A stretch of 64,000 nt of DNA from Macrostomum lignano (taxonomy: Eukaryota): the NCBI GenBank assembly GCA_002269645.1, contig NIVC01001079.1, positions 186,001 through 250,000 of the forward strand, given 5' to 3'. Position numbers and translations under genes: made by a program. A model generated the notes under the pieces. The model saw nothing but the letters and a program-made list of their open reading frames with translations, ran no database searches and was not told where the DNA came from. Shown here in pieces: positions 1 to 9,691 of this stretch. Positions within the stretch are counted from its first letter, which is position 1. The number at the start of each line of letters is the position of its first letter.

Positions 1-469
1 AACCTGTTTTTAGCAGTTTTTCCCCATTTTCGCCTCTATCAAAGAGCCGTTGTAGATTTTTTATTTATTGTTTATTGATTGAGTCTGCTGATTTTAGCAG
101 AAACTGGTTCGATTTAATTTAACAACGATTGGAAATATACGTGGATTTTTTTGTCTTCCCTTTAGAATCGACAGTTTTTTAATGTTTAGCATATGACTGC
201 TGTACCTGATATGTACATGTAAATTGTAAATTGTAAATATGTAAATTGCTAACCCCATTAGCAATTTAAAATGTCTAACTTGTATTTATCCATTTTTTAA
301 ATGAAGGGTCCGGTTAGTGTAAGCTGGCTCCAGTTGGAGTCTGTCTAATTTTTCGACTTTTTAGTGTGGTCGGAAATTATTAACATTCAGCATATGTAGA
401 TAATATTAATTTATTGTTGCACATGTAGTTAAATGTGAAAAATTATGCTTCTGCCCATCTTGACCAATC

Positions 470-1122
470 CCTCCACAACGCGCCCATCACTCACCACCCC
501 ACAGCACCCGTCACGTCACAGCACCCACAACCGATCGCAGCACCCACCACCCCACAGCACCCACCACCCCACAGCACCCACCACCCCACAGCACTCACAA
601 CCCCACAGCACCCACCACCCCACCGCACCCATAACCTCGCAGCACCCACAACCCCACAGCACTCACAACCCTACAGCACCCACCACCCCACAGCACCCAC
701 AACCCTACAGCACCCATCACCCCACAGCACTCACAACCCCACAGCACTCACAACCCCACAGCACTCACAACCCCACAGCACTCACAACCCCACAGCACCC
801 ATCACCGCACAGCACCCATAACCTCGCAGCACCCACAACCCCAAAGCACTCACAACCCCACAGCACCCACCACCCCACAGCACTCACAACCCTACAGCAC
901 CCACCACCCCACAGCACTCACAACCCACAGCACCCATAACCTCGCAGCACCCACAACCCCACAGCACTCACAACCCCACAGCACCCACCACCCCACAGCA
1001 CCCACAACCCCACAGCACTCACAACCCCACAGCACCCACCACCCCACAGCACCCATAACCTCGCAGCACCCACCCCCCCACAGCACACAAAACCTCGCAG
1101 CACCCACCACCTCGCAGCACCC
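470..1122. repeat. C/A-rich minisatellite, ~18-bp degenerate unit (cacagcacccaccacccc / cacagcactcacaacccc)
   Basis: Tandem units are directly visible. The overlapping HPT/PQH ORFs are translations of the repeat. Confidence 0.9.
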
Positions 1123-2189
1123 AACCAGAAGTGACCAATCGTAAGATACGGATCTGCTTGAAGTCAATACGAAAAGCACGTTTCATCTGCACGTTTCAGT
1201 CCACAAATAAACCGTAGAAGTCAAATTATACATGTAGTTTTGTTAGTATAAAATTAAGAGCAAAGGAAAATATACCCACAGGAGACAATTATCTGTCTTG
1301 ATTCCGGTTTAAGGAAGTACAGCTTAGAATACATTTCTTGGGTTTTATTTAAAGGCGGACACACGCGTGTACGTGTGCGTGTGCGAGCGAGCAAAATCGA
1401 TTTTATCCGATAAAATAATCCAGATCGGTGATCAAAGAAAAAGGAGTTGCGGTGTACGACGATAAGGCCACAGCTAGCGGCAGAGATCAAGACGGCTGGA
1501 AGACGGTATGCGATTGTTGTAGCGATAGAGTGGCTTAAAGTGCAGAACGACGAGTGGGAGGAAGCAATGTTGGCGACGAATGACAGTAAGAACGGGCTCC
1601 AGGAAGAATGGTCTTGATGGTCTTGGTGCCCTGCCATTGTGACATCGAGGGAAATGAGACAGGTTGGCGGGAGATGCGATGGCGGAGAAACAGGAGAAAA
1701 TGGGTGTGTTTGCCAGTTTGATTGTCTGGAAGGCGAAGAGGATGAGCAAGGAAGTGAAGCAGTGGGAGCACGGCCGAATGGAGGAGAAGTATGGGCAGTC
1801 CAGAGGAAGGTGGTTAGACCCGCAGTTCAGGCAGGAATAGACCGCGAGAGGTCAGCCTCAGGAGGATGAGAACGGGACACTCGCTGGAGCTGGCGGGGAG
1901 AAGGAATTGGTTGAGGCTGAAAGAGGACGAAAGTTGCAGGCTGCACGTGTGGCATGGAGGATGAAACGGTTGTACAACCTGCTTGAATGTCCAATGACGG
2001 AAAGCGAGCGCAGATGTATCCCATTGATGGAGCGGGAAGATCAGATGGAAGCAGAAGGATTGAGGCAGGGTGTCTAACAGCAACAAAAACAACAACAACA
2101 AAAGACGCAGCCCCGCATGCACAGTCACAGTTATAGCAGGGCGCGTCAGATGGCGCGCCGCAAAGCCTGAGAGCGGACAAAGTCCGCTC

Positions 2190-2385
2190 CGTTGGCAGTG
2201 GATGGTGAACGGGCGCTGCAGCTTGGCCCGATCGAACAGGGCCTCGGTAACGACGTCAGCCCTGAGTGCGCCGAGTCCAGCTGCCGCTCTAGCGTAGCCA
2301 TCAGCGTCTACGTCTCGGCATTGTAGAGCAGGACGGTGTCGACCACCGCCTGAAACAGCCGTCCGAGGGCGTTTGCAACCACGGG
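2190..2385 (-). mobile_element. Degenerate non-LTR retrotransposon (LINE, RTE/L2-like) RT C-terminal fragment
   Basis: Minus strand reads GRLFQAVVDTVLLYNAET*TLMATLERQLDSAHSG, then shifts frame to VTEALFDRAKLQRP. This matches the LINE RT thumb pattern RLF..VV..VLLY..ETW.L....E..LD, with W mutated to TAG. Confidence 0.7.
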
Positions 2386-2931
2386 CAAACGGGCAAACAC
2401 TCGAGGGTGTTTAAGCATCAACAACAACAGCAGAAGTACTGTTAATGATATTTCAATGAAATTCTTGCAAACTCGTACTCCGCTAGCCGCCGCAGAGGCG
2501 GGAGGCAAGTTATAACGAATTAATTTATTAATCATTTTGTAATTAAATAATGTATTTTAATCGGGCAGAGTTACAAATTTCACCAAAAACACCGCGCTTC
2601 TACAAGCTCATACGAAAGTGCAGGCGTATCAAACTGGATAACGTTTTTAATTATTAGATTTGAGCTGAAGTAAACTATAGTCAGTACCGGGGTTTCAGCC
2701 TCCTCTAAAAACCAAAAATTTGCGCGAAAATATGAAACAAAAAAGTACCAAAAGAATCGTACATGGACTGTACGCTCGTATACTACAAAAAATCTACGGG
2801 CGTACATCGCCATCAGTTGCCATCACCATAATAAATAAGCGGTATTGAAGCTCAGATTTCGATAATTAGGTGAAAATTAATTGCGCCAGTGCAGCTATCG
2901 CTCAATTATAGTTTCACCCGTCCTGACTCGC

Positions 2932-3879
2932 TCAGGTAAAATCGGACGGACCAACCTCGACTCTTCGAAGTTCCCAATGCCAAGGCTCCGATTTCACGGT
3001 GCGCACGAACCCAAACATGTGTGCATTGCCCTTCAGCCACACGTAGACGGCGCTGTCGGCACATTCAGGTGGAGGCCGGTCCCCGGTCTGCTTGCCACAG
3101 TTCGTGTTCAGATCGAGAGCCACTCCAGTCCCGTGCGGAGAGGTGCCTGGCCTCGCGGCTAGGTTGCCCCCGTTGCAGTTCTGATTCACGTAGCACTCGT
3201 ACAAATACACTTGGCGTTCGTAGGAGCGGAAGCCAGAGTTGATGAGAATGGTTACACCGTCGGACTTGGCGGAGCGGGCCATTTGGTCGAAAACAAAAGC
3301 TGTGTTCCACTCCATGCGATTGTCAATCACTGTTTCTGCAGCCAAGTGTTCCGGCAGAATGTACACCACATTATACTTGATGCCATTGTTGCCTTCCATT
3401 TCTTCGACTACAGAGCTCGAATATGACCAGCTGGAGACACGGCACTCTCCTTCACTATCAGGCACTATTATAGACGTATTAAGACTTCTGCACGTTGACT
3501 CGGGTTGCGCAGGTGGACAAGTGCCGTCTTGAAAGATGCCTTTGCAACTCTCCTGACCACACTGGTCCTGGTACTTGCCCCTCGGACAGGCCAAGCACTT
3601 GCTTCGATCCGTGAGGTCTTGGTTGCTATACGTGTTGGGCGGACACTCCTGAGGGCTGAGACCCGGGCTTGGGCAGAAATGCCCAGCTGGACACGGCTTG
3701 CAGCGGTCCTGTCCGGTTTGGTCCTGATACTCCCGGCTAGAGCAGGGCAGGCACTTGGTTCTGTCAGTGGTTTCACTCGTTGAGTAGGTGCCAGTCGGAC
3801 ACGGTACCGGATCCAGACTGGGCTGTGGGCAGTAATGTCCCACTGGACACACCAGACAGTGATTTTGGCCTTGCTGCAC
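2932..3879 (-). CDS. Open 3' segment: last Cys-rich repeats + Zn-dependent D-Ala-D-Ala carboxypeptidase domain (peptidase M15B, VanY/LdcB-like; domain ~2965-3321)
   Basis: Motifs in the correct order and spacing: INSGFRSYERQ (Arg), AARPGTSPHGTGVALD (His and Asp Zn ligands), WLKGNAHMFGF, EPWHWE (catalytic Glu and His ligand). Confidence 0.9.
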   Translation of the reverse strand: MQQGQNHCLVCPVGHYCPQPSLDPVPCPTGTYSTSETTDRTKCLPCSSREYQDQTGQDRCKPCPAGHFCPSPGLSPQECPPNTYSNQDLTDRSKCLACPRGKYQDQCGQESCKGIFQDGTCPPAQPESTCRSLNTSIIVPDSEGECRVSSWSYSSSVVEEMEGNNGIKYNVVYILPEHLAAETVIDNRMEWNTAFVFDQMARSAKSDGVTILINSGFRSYERQVYLYECYVNQNCNGGNLAARPGTSPHGTGVALDLNTNCGKQTGDRPPPECADSAVYVWLKGNAHMFGFVRTVKSEPWHWELRRVEVGPSDFT

Positions 3880-4593
3880 TTAATGCGTACCGATGGAGCA
3901 GGCAATACACTCCGTCCTCAGCCCCATCTCCTTTGTACTGAACGTACCTGCCGGGCATGGAATCGGCTTCTCCGTCGTGGTGGGACAATAATAGCCCTCC
4001 GGACAGATCTAACAGCTGCTTTGTCCAGGGTTGGGTTGGTATTTACCTGTTTCGCATGGCTTGCAGGTTCCAGCGGCAGTATCCAGATAAGTTCCTGGAG
4101 AACAGACCACAGGAGGTGGCACAGGAGTGAGGCATTGTCCCTCGGAGCATCTGACACAGCTGATCCTCTCGCTCGGTGAAGAAGAGCTGGTGAATCCCTG
4201 TGGACAGGGCACGGGCAATTTCTCCTTTTGAGGGCAATAGTGACGGCTCGGGCACAGCACACAGTGGGTTTGTTCCGCTCTACTTTGGTAGTAGCCAGCT
4301 TCACAGCTTCTGCAGTTCACAAGATATTGTGTGTACCTATAGTAACCATTTTGGTAGCCTGGAGGGCAAGGAATCGAAACATTTTTTGGAGCTGGACATT
4401 CGCGACCTTCCGGACAAAGAAGACACACTTGCTCTGACCGATCTTGTCTTGGTAATAGCCATCAGAACACGTTGCACAGTTCACTCTGTCGTTCGTATGA
4501 TATCTGCTGACAGTTCCCGATGGACAGGGTATGGCTCGATTTTTCGGAGCCGGGCAGTGTCTTCCCAGAGGACAAGGAAGACACTGTCTCTGG

Positions 4594-5085
4594 CCAGGCT
4601 TGTCTTGGTAGTAGCCATCGGAGCAACTAGCACAGTTGATTCGATATTCAATGAATCCGTTGTTGCTCTGCATACCTGGTGGACACGGAATCGCTTTAGT
4701 TTTTGGAGCTGGACACTTGTGTCCATCAGGACACTTGTGGCAGTATTTCTGACCAGGCTTGTCTTGGTAGTAGCCATCGGAGCAACTAGCACAGCTGATT
4801 CGATATTTAAGGAATCCGTTGTTGCTCTGCATACCTGGTGGACACGGAATCGCTTTAGTTTTTGGAGCTGGACACTTGTGTCCATCAGGACACTTGTGGC
4901 AGTATTTCTGACCAGGCTTGTCTTGGTAGTAGCCATCGGAGCAACTAGCACAGCTGATTCGATATTTAAGGAATCCGTTGTTGCTCTGCATACCTGGTGG
5001 ACACGGAATCGCTTTAGTTTTTGGAGCTGGACACTTGTGTCCATCAGGACACTCGTAGCAGTATTTCTGACCAGGCTTGTCTTGG
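4594..5085 (-). repeat. Three near-identical 159-bp (53-aa) coding repeats
   Basis: ccaggcttgtcttggtagtagccatcgg recurs at 4594, 4753, 4912 and 5071. Confidence 0.9.
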
Positions 5086-5896
5086 TAGTAGCCATCGGGG
5101 CAATTCCGGCAAGCTTGGTATCGTTCACTCCAGTATTGGCCCGGTTGGCATGGTGTCACCTCAGTGGCTTCACCTAAGGATGCTTCTAGGAGTAACAAGG
5201 CACCAAATATTTCTATTAGATTGGACAAAATCATTGTCTCTTACTCTGTCAGAAATGCTTGACTCCATGCAAAAAGACCTTATCTATATATACGCATATA
5301 TATACTTGTTGCAGACAAGAAAACAGGCACTAGTGGAAACACAGCCAGATGCAATTGAGCAGAAGATAAGCACTTTAATCAAGCTAGTCATGTAGCGACA
5401 CAAAACGTGGAAACTCAGCATCTTGGTGGTTAAAACGAGCAAGATAGAACGAATCAAAAAGCACGTTCGAGATCGTGATGTCCACTATAGTGCATAGCCG
5501 CCGTTCTAAGGAAACAAAAGAGGAGATAACGCAAAAAAAATAACTGGCTTCACACTTCCTTGAGCTTTTTGTTCCTCATAAAAAACAAATGGGCAAAAGA
5601 AGAGCAACAGCAAATAGTGGTATATTCTGAGTCTGCTTGTCATCTGCTTTCAAATTCGTAAGCTTCACCTCATCATCATTAGAATCATCGTTTCGGTGTC
5701 TATTTCGCTCTTAAATAGGATTCATTTGAATAAAAGCTTTAGTACCTCAATGGTTTAAATATTCTGCATATCCTAAATGCAAGTAGTACCATCTCAATTG
5801 TCAGCAGAAACAGAAGGACGCAGAACAATGGAACGAAGTTGGTCAGTAGCTCGATTGGCAGTTCATTACAGTTGGTGTGTGGGTTCCCAGTCAAAC

Positions 5897-6300
5897 CTAT
5901 TTTCTGATTGTGGGCTCGCGCTTCTCTCCATTAACGGCCAAGTCAACTCCAGATGTGACTCCGTCCATCACTGTTCAACGGCCCCCACTGGCCCACCAAC
6001 AATAAAACTACCAACGCCGCCGTTCACAACACCAACAGTTTGCGATGCCGACTTCATTGCGTTGGCACAACCGCCGTCTTTGTCGCCACACATATAATGG
6101 ATACCCGGTATCAGGTGTATCTCGCATACCCGGTGTTGCCAGCGATGGCTGCCCCGGCTGCGCCTATAGTTGGGACACAATCGGACACCCTTTGGCAAAG
6201 TTCTTTTGAGTTTCCAGCGCTCCATCGGTGTCGCCTGCTGTGGCTTGAACCGCAATTTTCGCTTGAGAAATTACCGGTCGCTGTTGCCCACCTCGAGAAG
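5897..6300 (-). pseudogene. Frameshifted remnant of an unknown gene with an internal repeat and a glycine-zipper-like segment
   Basis: Consecutive frames read PVISQAKIAVQATAGDTDGALETQKNFAKGCPIVSQL*, GAAGAAIAGNTGYARYT*, IPGIHYMCGDKDGG..NAMKSASQTVGVVNGGVGSFIVGGPVGAV and VMDGVTSGVDLAVNGE. Confidence 0.5.
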
Positions 6301-7090
6301 AGGGACTACCGAAAATTGAATGTGATCTATTTAGCTCGTAATTGAGCCTAGGTTTCTGGTAAAGCCTAGGGCACTTTTAGAAACCTGTGAGTTGTTATTT
6401 TTTGCTTGAAAATAATTCTGGTAACTGACCTCCGGCTTACACACAATTCACTGGAATCTCGAAACGCAATGGCAAGCGTTGGTTGCTTTATTTGTCATTT
6501 TTACAGCCTTTGTGTGTGCTTTCCTATACCAAAATTTACCCTCTTTCACCATGCAGTGTTTTCATTTTTCATCGGCCACTTTAGATAGCAGATCCCCCTA
6601 TAAGTGTAGCGGCAAACTACCCCTCACGCTTTCCTGTTGCTGCTTCCATGGCAACCGCATGAAACCTGAGTAGAGCTCATGCAAGTTTGGAGAATCGCCT
6701 ATTAGCCGTATTACTGGTCGGCTGCCTGAAATTTTCATGCCACGTTTGCCAAAACCGGGAACCTCTCGTGTGTTTTCCCAGCAGCCAATTCTCTCCGTTT
6801 GAGACCGCGCTGCTCTTCCTGTCAGCCAGTCTTGTTGCTGCTGTTGCTCCAAGAAGCAGTGTGTTTGTGTTCCACTCTTACCTTTTCTCTCAGCCTCATA
6901 GTCCGTCAGTTTTCTGATATTTAGCTCGTAGCAAGGGCTGTACCGCTCCCATTGTAGCCTGCAATAGAGGGTGGGCGACAACATGGCACTGCAGTTTGCC
7001 GCTCCTTATGGCCATGGTAAGAAATTTTGAAAATTATAACATTTACGCCGTACATCAACTCAGTCAGTTGGTTATTATTTAGCTAGGTAT

Positions 7091-7124
<34 letters not shown>

Positions 7125-7125
7125 G

Positions 7126-7171
<46 letters not shown>

Positions 7172-7187
7172 CAGTTAGTTAGTTAGC

Positions 7188-7239
<52 letters not shown>

Positions 7240-7255
7240 CAGTTAGTTAGTTAGC

Positions 7256-7295
<40 letters not shown>

Positions 7296-7311
7296 CAGTT
7301 AGTTAGTTAGC

Positions 7312-7364
<53 letters not shown>
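7091..7364. repeat. (TTAG)n microsatellite
   Basis: About 68 units, with occasional TCAG/CTAG variants. Confidence 0.97.
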
Positions 7365-8272
7365 GCCAAGTTTCCTAACAATAGCAATAGTAAGCTCGTA
7401 CTTGCCAGCACGAAGTATTTAGACGATAGATCATTTAGAAAATGAAAAATTTTAATAGCCGCAAAAAGCATACATGTAAAAGGACGGCAGACTTCGTTTC
7501 TTAGAAAAATTAAAAGGCTCCCATGACTGTTTAATGCTGAGGTAAGCGTGATACACATTCTTGACGAGAAACTTATTTAGAATCAAGTTATAGATTGTCA
7601 TGCGGGTAGTGTGACACAGATCAATCGTGTCTAGATACGCTCGTAGCCGCAGAAAGAGGAATGATAGTGCATCTGGTACTCCGAGGGGGGTTAAGATGGC
7701 TAGTCTATATAACTAAATCATTACTAAACCAAACTGATAAAGATTTCACTCCGAATTCACCTTTAAATAAATATATGTTTCCTAAAAATGTTCTCCAACT
7801 GACGAGCGACGGAAAATTTGTTTGAAAACTGAAAAAAATCCCACTAAATTATAGCTTGTAGAAAAATAAAACTGAGAAAAAACTGAACTTTCTGAGAAGG
7901 TTAGATGGATGCAATTTCCCATAAAATTGCAGCAAAAATTAAGGATTCTGAGCAGGCGATAATGGCCTCAACAGATCTCTATCATTTGTTCTCATGGGAG
8001 ATAGCTCGCTACAACTTGTTGTAATGTCTACACTGCATCGTTTTAGCACAGCCACTATCCAAAGATGGGATATAAAAAACAGTTGCATAGCATGTCTAGC
8101 CGTAGCTGGGCGGGCTTCGAAAATTGGCATTTGACAAACTTCAAACCGCCTCTGCTTCGCTTTAAATTGTTCTAACGAATGATTGGCAGACACTTGCCTG
8201 ACTGAGGCTTTTATCAGCATTGGATTCTGCTGCTGCACTTTTGTGATTTCATATCTTTTCTGTTGCTTTCAG

Positions 8273-8297
8273 TCTACAAAGGACGGAGTATTTCCAG
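8273..8297 (+). CDS. Possible 25-nt upstream micro-exon of the NWD gene (STKDGVFP)
   Basis: tcttttctgttgctttcag|25 nt|gtgagt. Its phase 1 fits the acceptor cag|TG at 9691/9692. No start codon or further upstream exon was identified. Confidence 0.35.
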
Positions 8298-8694
8298 GTG
8301 AGTATCACAGCTGCCGTCTGGTGCGTTCTTATGAATATTTCTCTCTATGAAAACCAGTGTAAAGAAAAGCTTTTTAAAAATTTACGATCTGCATTTCAGC
8401 CAATCACTGAACAGGTAATTCTGGCTGCAGGTTGCACATTTGATGGAACCAAACCGGAAATTCAGACCTAAAATGGCATAAAAAATTGTTTATGCGTTTA
8501 GCAATATACAATCTAATTAAATCTGTGTTTTTTGTTGGACACTTGCTCTTTGCAGTATTCTCTATAATGCTATACCAATGCTTGTCTGTTTAATGCACAG
8601 CGTTTTCGAGTTGCAGCGACCTGTGCCTTCTACGTACGGGTGCCTCTTATCCATGGAGATTTCGGCAGTGGACTAAAATTTTATTACTAACGTC

Positions 8695-9136
8695 CACAGA
8701 TACTAGAATAACTAGATGGGCCACTCAGCACATTTGCGTGTAAGCTACTTTCAGTTCAGTAGTAAGTTAAACTGAAGCATTTTAATGTATTTTTAAAGCC
8801 AAGGCTCATTTATTGCCTCTTACCCTCCAATTAAACCCTCCAACCGCGCCTTTCCACACTACCCGCCCGTCCCAATTTTATTGCCTTTCTCGGAATTCCA
8901 GCCTAAAGCGGCCATGTACATTTCAGTGGACTGGCTAATGTACATTATTGCTGAACCAATTAGCAAGTTGTTTACGCCTGCAAGGTTGTGTGGGCTTCTA
9001 AACTTATCAAAGTCATTTCAGCAGCCTTTTTTATAAAATAGCTTATGCATTCCTTGCTACGGAGCTGAAAGTAGAAAGCTGTTTTGCTAAGTATATATAT
9101 GCCTGAGTGGCCTATCTAGTTATTTTAGTATCTGTG
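8695..9136 (+). mobile_element. MITE-like element copy 1 (~440 bp, ~34-bp TIRs)
   Basis: Ends cacagatactagaataactagatgggccactcag and ctgagtggcctatctagttattttagtatctgtg are inverted repeats. A second copy lies at 13665-14096. No clear TSD. Confidence 0.8.
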
Positions 9137-9691
9137 CTACTACTAACTCATATATCATTTAACTCGATATCAGCTGATACTGCTAAACAATATTTATATA
9201 TACTTGACCTGAGTCTTCTTGCATAAAATTAAAAAGTTTTTTCGTGCTTTTTGGAAGAAAGATTAACATCGTGTTTTGAAAATCCAAACATGAAAATTTT
9301 TATTGATTCTTACGCCATAGTTCAGGAAAGTAATTTCTTGTAAATTTGCTCTCAAGTTGCTTTGAAAGCAGATACATTATGTGCAGAAACTCAGGGTCAG
9401 TCTCAGGATCAAGTGCATATCTCCGGCGTTTCTTTGCTCTATCCTTGTTAAACTAGACAAACCGTTTACTCGTAAAATCGATTCTATTAGAAAATTGCGC
9501 CTAAACTGGACGTCCCCGCAGACGTCTCATGGAGCTGGGACCCCGGCCTCGACCGCAGACAAAGAGCCTCTGGAAGGTGTCAATCAGTGGCACAGCGCCG
9601 CCAGGTATTTTTTTAGTCCGAAAAACAGACTACAATTAAACAAATTAAGTTTCTGATCCCACTGAAGCACTCCCTCCACCAAACTCGGCAG

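Larger units (their letters stand above)
2932..5234 (-). pseudogene. Disrupted intronless gene: signal peptide + ~10 Cys-rich GCC2/GCC3 (ephrin-receptor-like) repeats + C-terminal M15B/VanY-type peptidase (~766 aa if repaired)
   Basis: ATG at 5234 begins MILSNLIEIFGALLLLEASLGEA, a hydrophobic signal-like peptide. Repeats follow C..C..G.YQ...GQ..C..CP.G..CP. Three ORF-track segments join into one frame after removing 2 nt at ~4424-4427 (AAG TGT GT CTT CTT TGT) and reading through TAG 4009-4011 and TAA 3880-3882. It ends in TGA at 2932-2934. Confidence 0.8.

Noticed and set aside
435-1179. Long HPT/PQH and WVLWG ORFs
   Set aside because: They are translations of the 18-bp minisatellite.
1500-2130. 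Purine-rich stretch with several short ORFs, one with a signal-like start (MTVHAGLRLLLLLFLLLL)
   Set aside because: There is no recognisable motif, stops occur in all frames, and the hydrophobic start derives from a (TTG)n tract at the LINE fragment's tail.
2932-3879. Bacterial contaminant contig or vancomycin-resistance (van) operon
   Set aside because: The peptidase is in frame with eukaryote-type Cys-rich repeats and a signal peptide, it is flanked by a LINE fragment and spliced animal genes, and no vanR/S/H/A/X genes are present.
3880-4011. Ciliate-type genetic code (TAA/TAG = Gln) for the peptidase fusion, since both internal stops are TAR, one is at a Gln column, and the terminator is TGA
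   Set aside because: The gene's many other Gln codons are CAA/CAG, it also has a true frameshift, and neighbouring genes end in TAA/TAG. Single C-to-T changes explain the stops.
7091-7364. Interstitial telomere
   Set aside because: The unit is TTAG, not TTAGGG or TTAGG, so it is an ordinary microsatellite.
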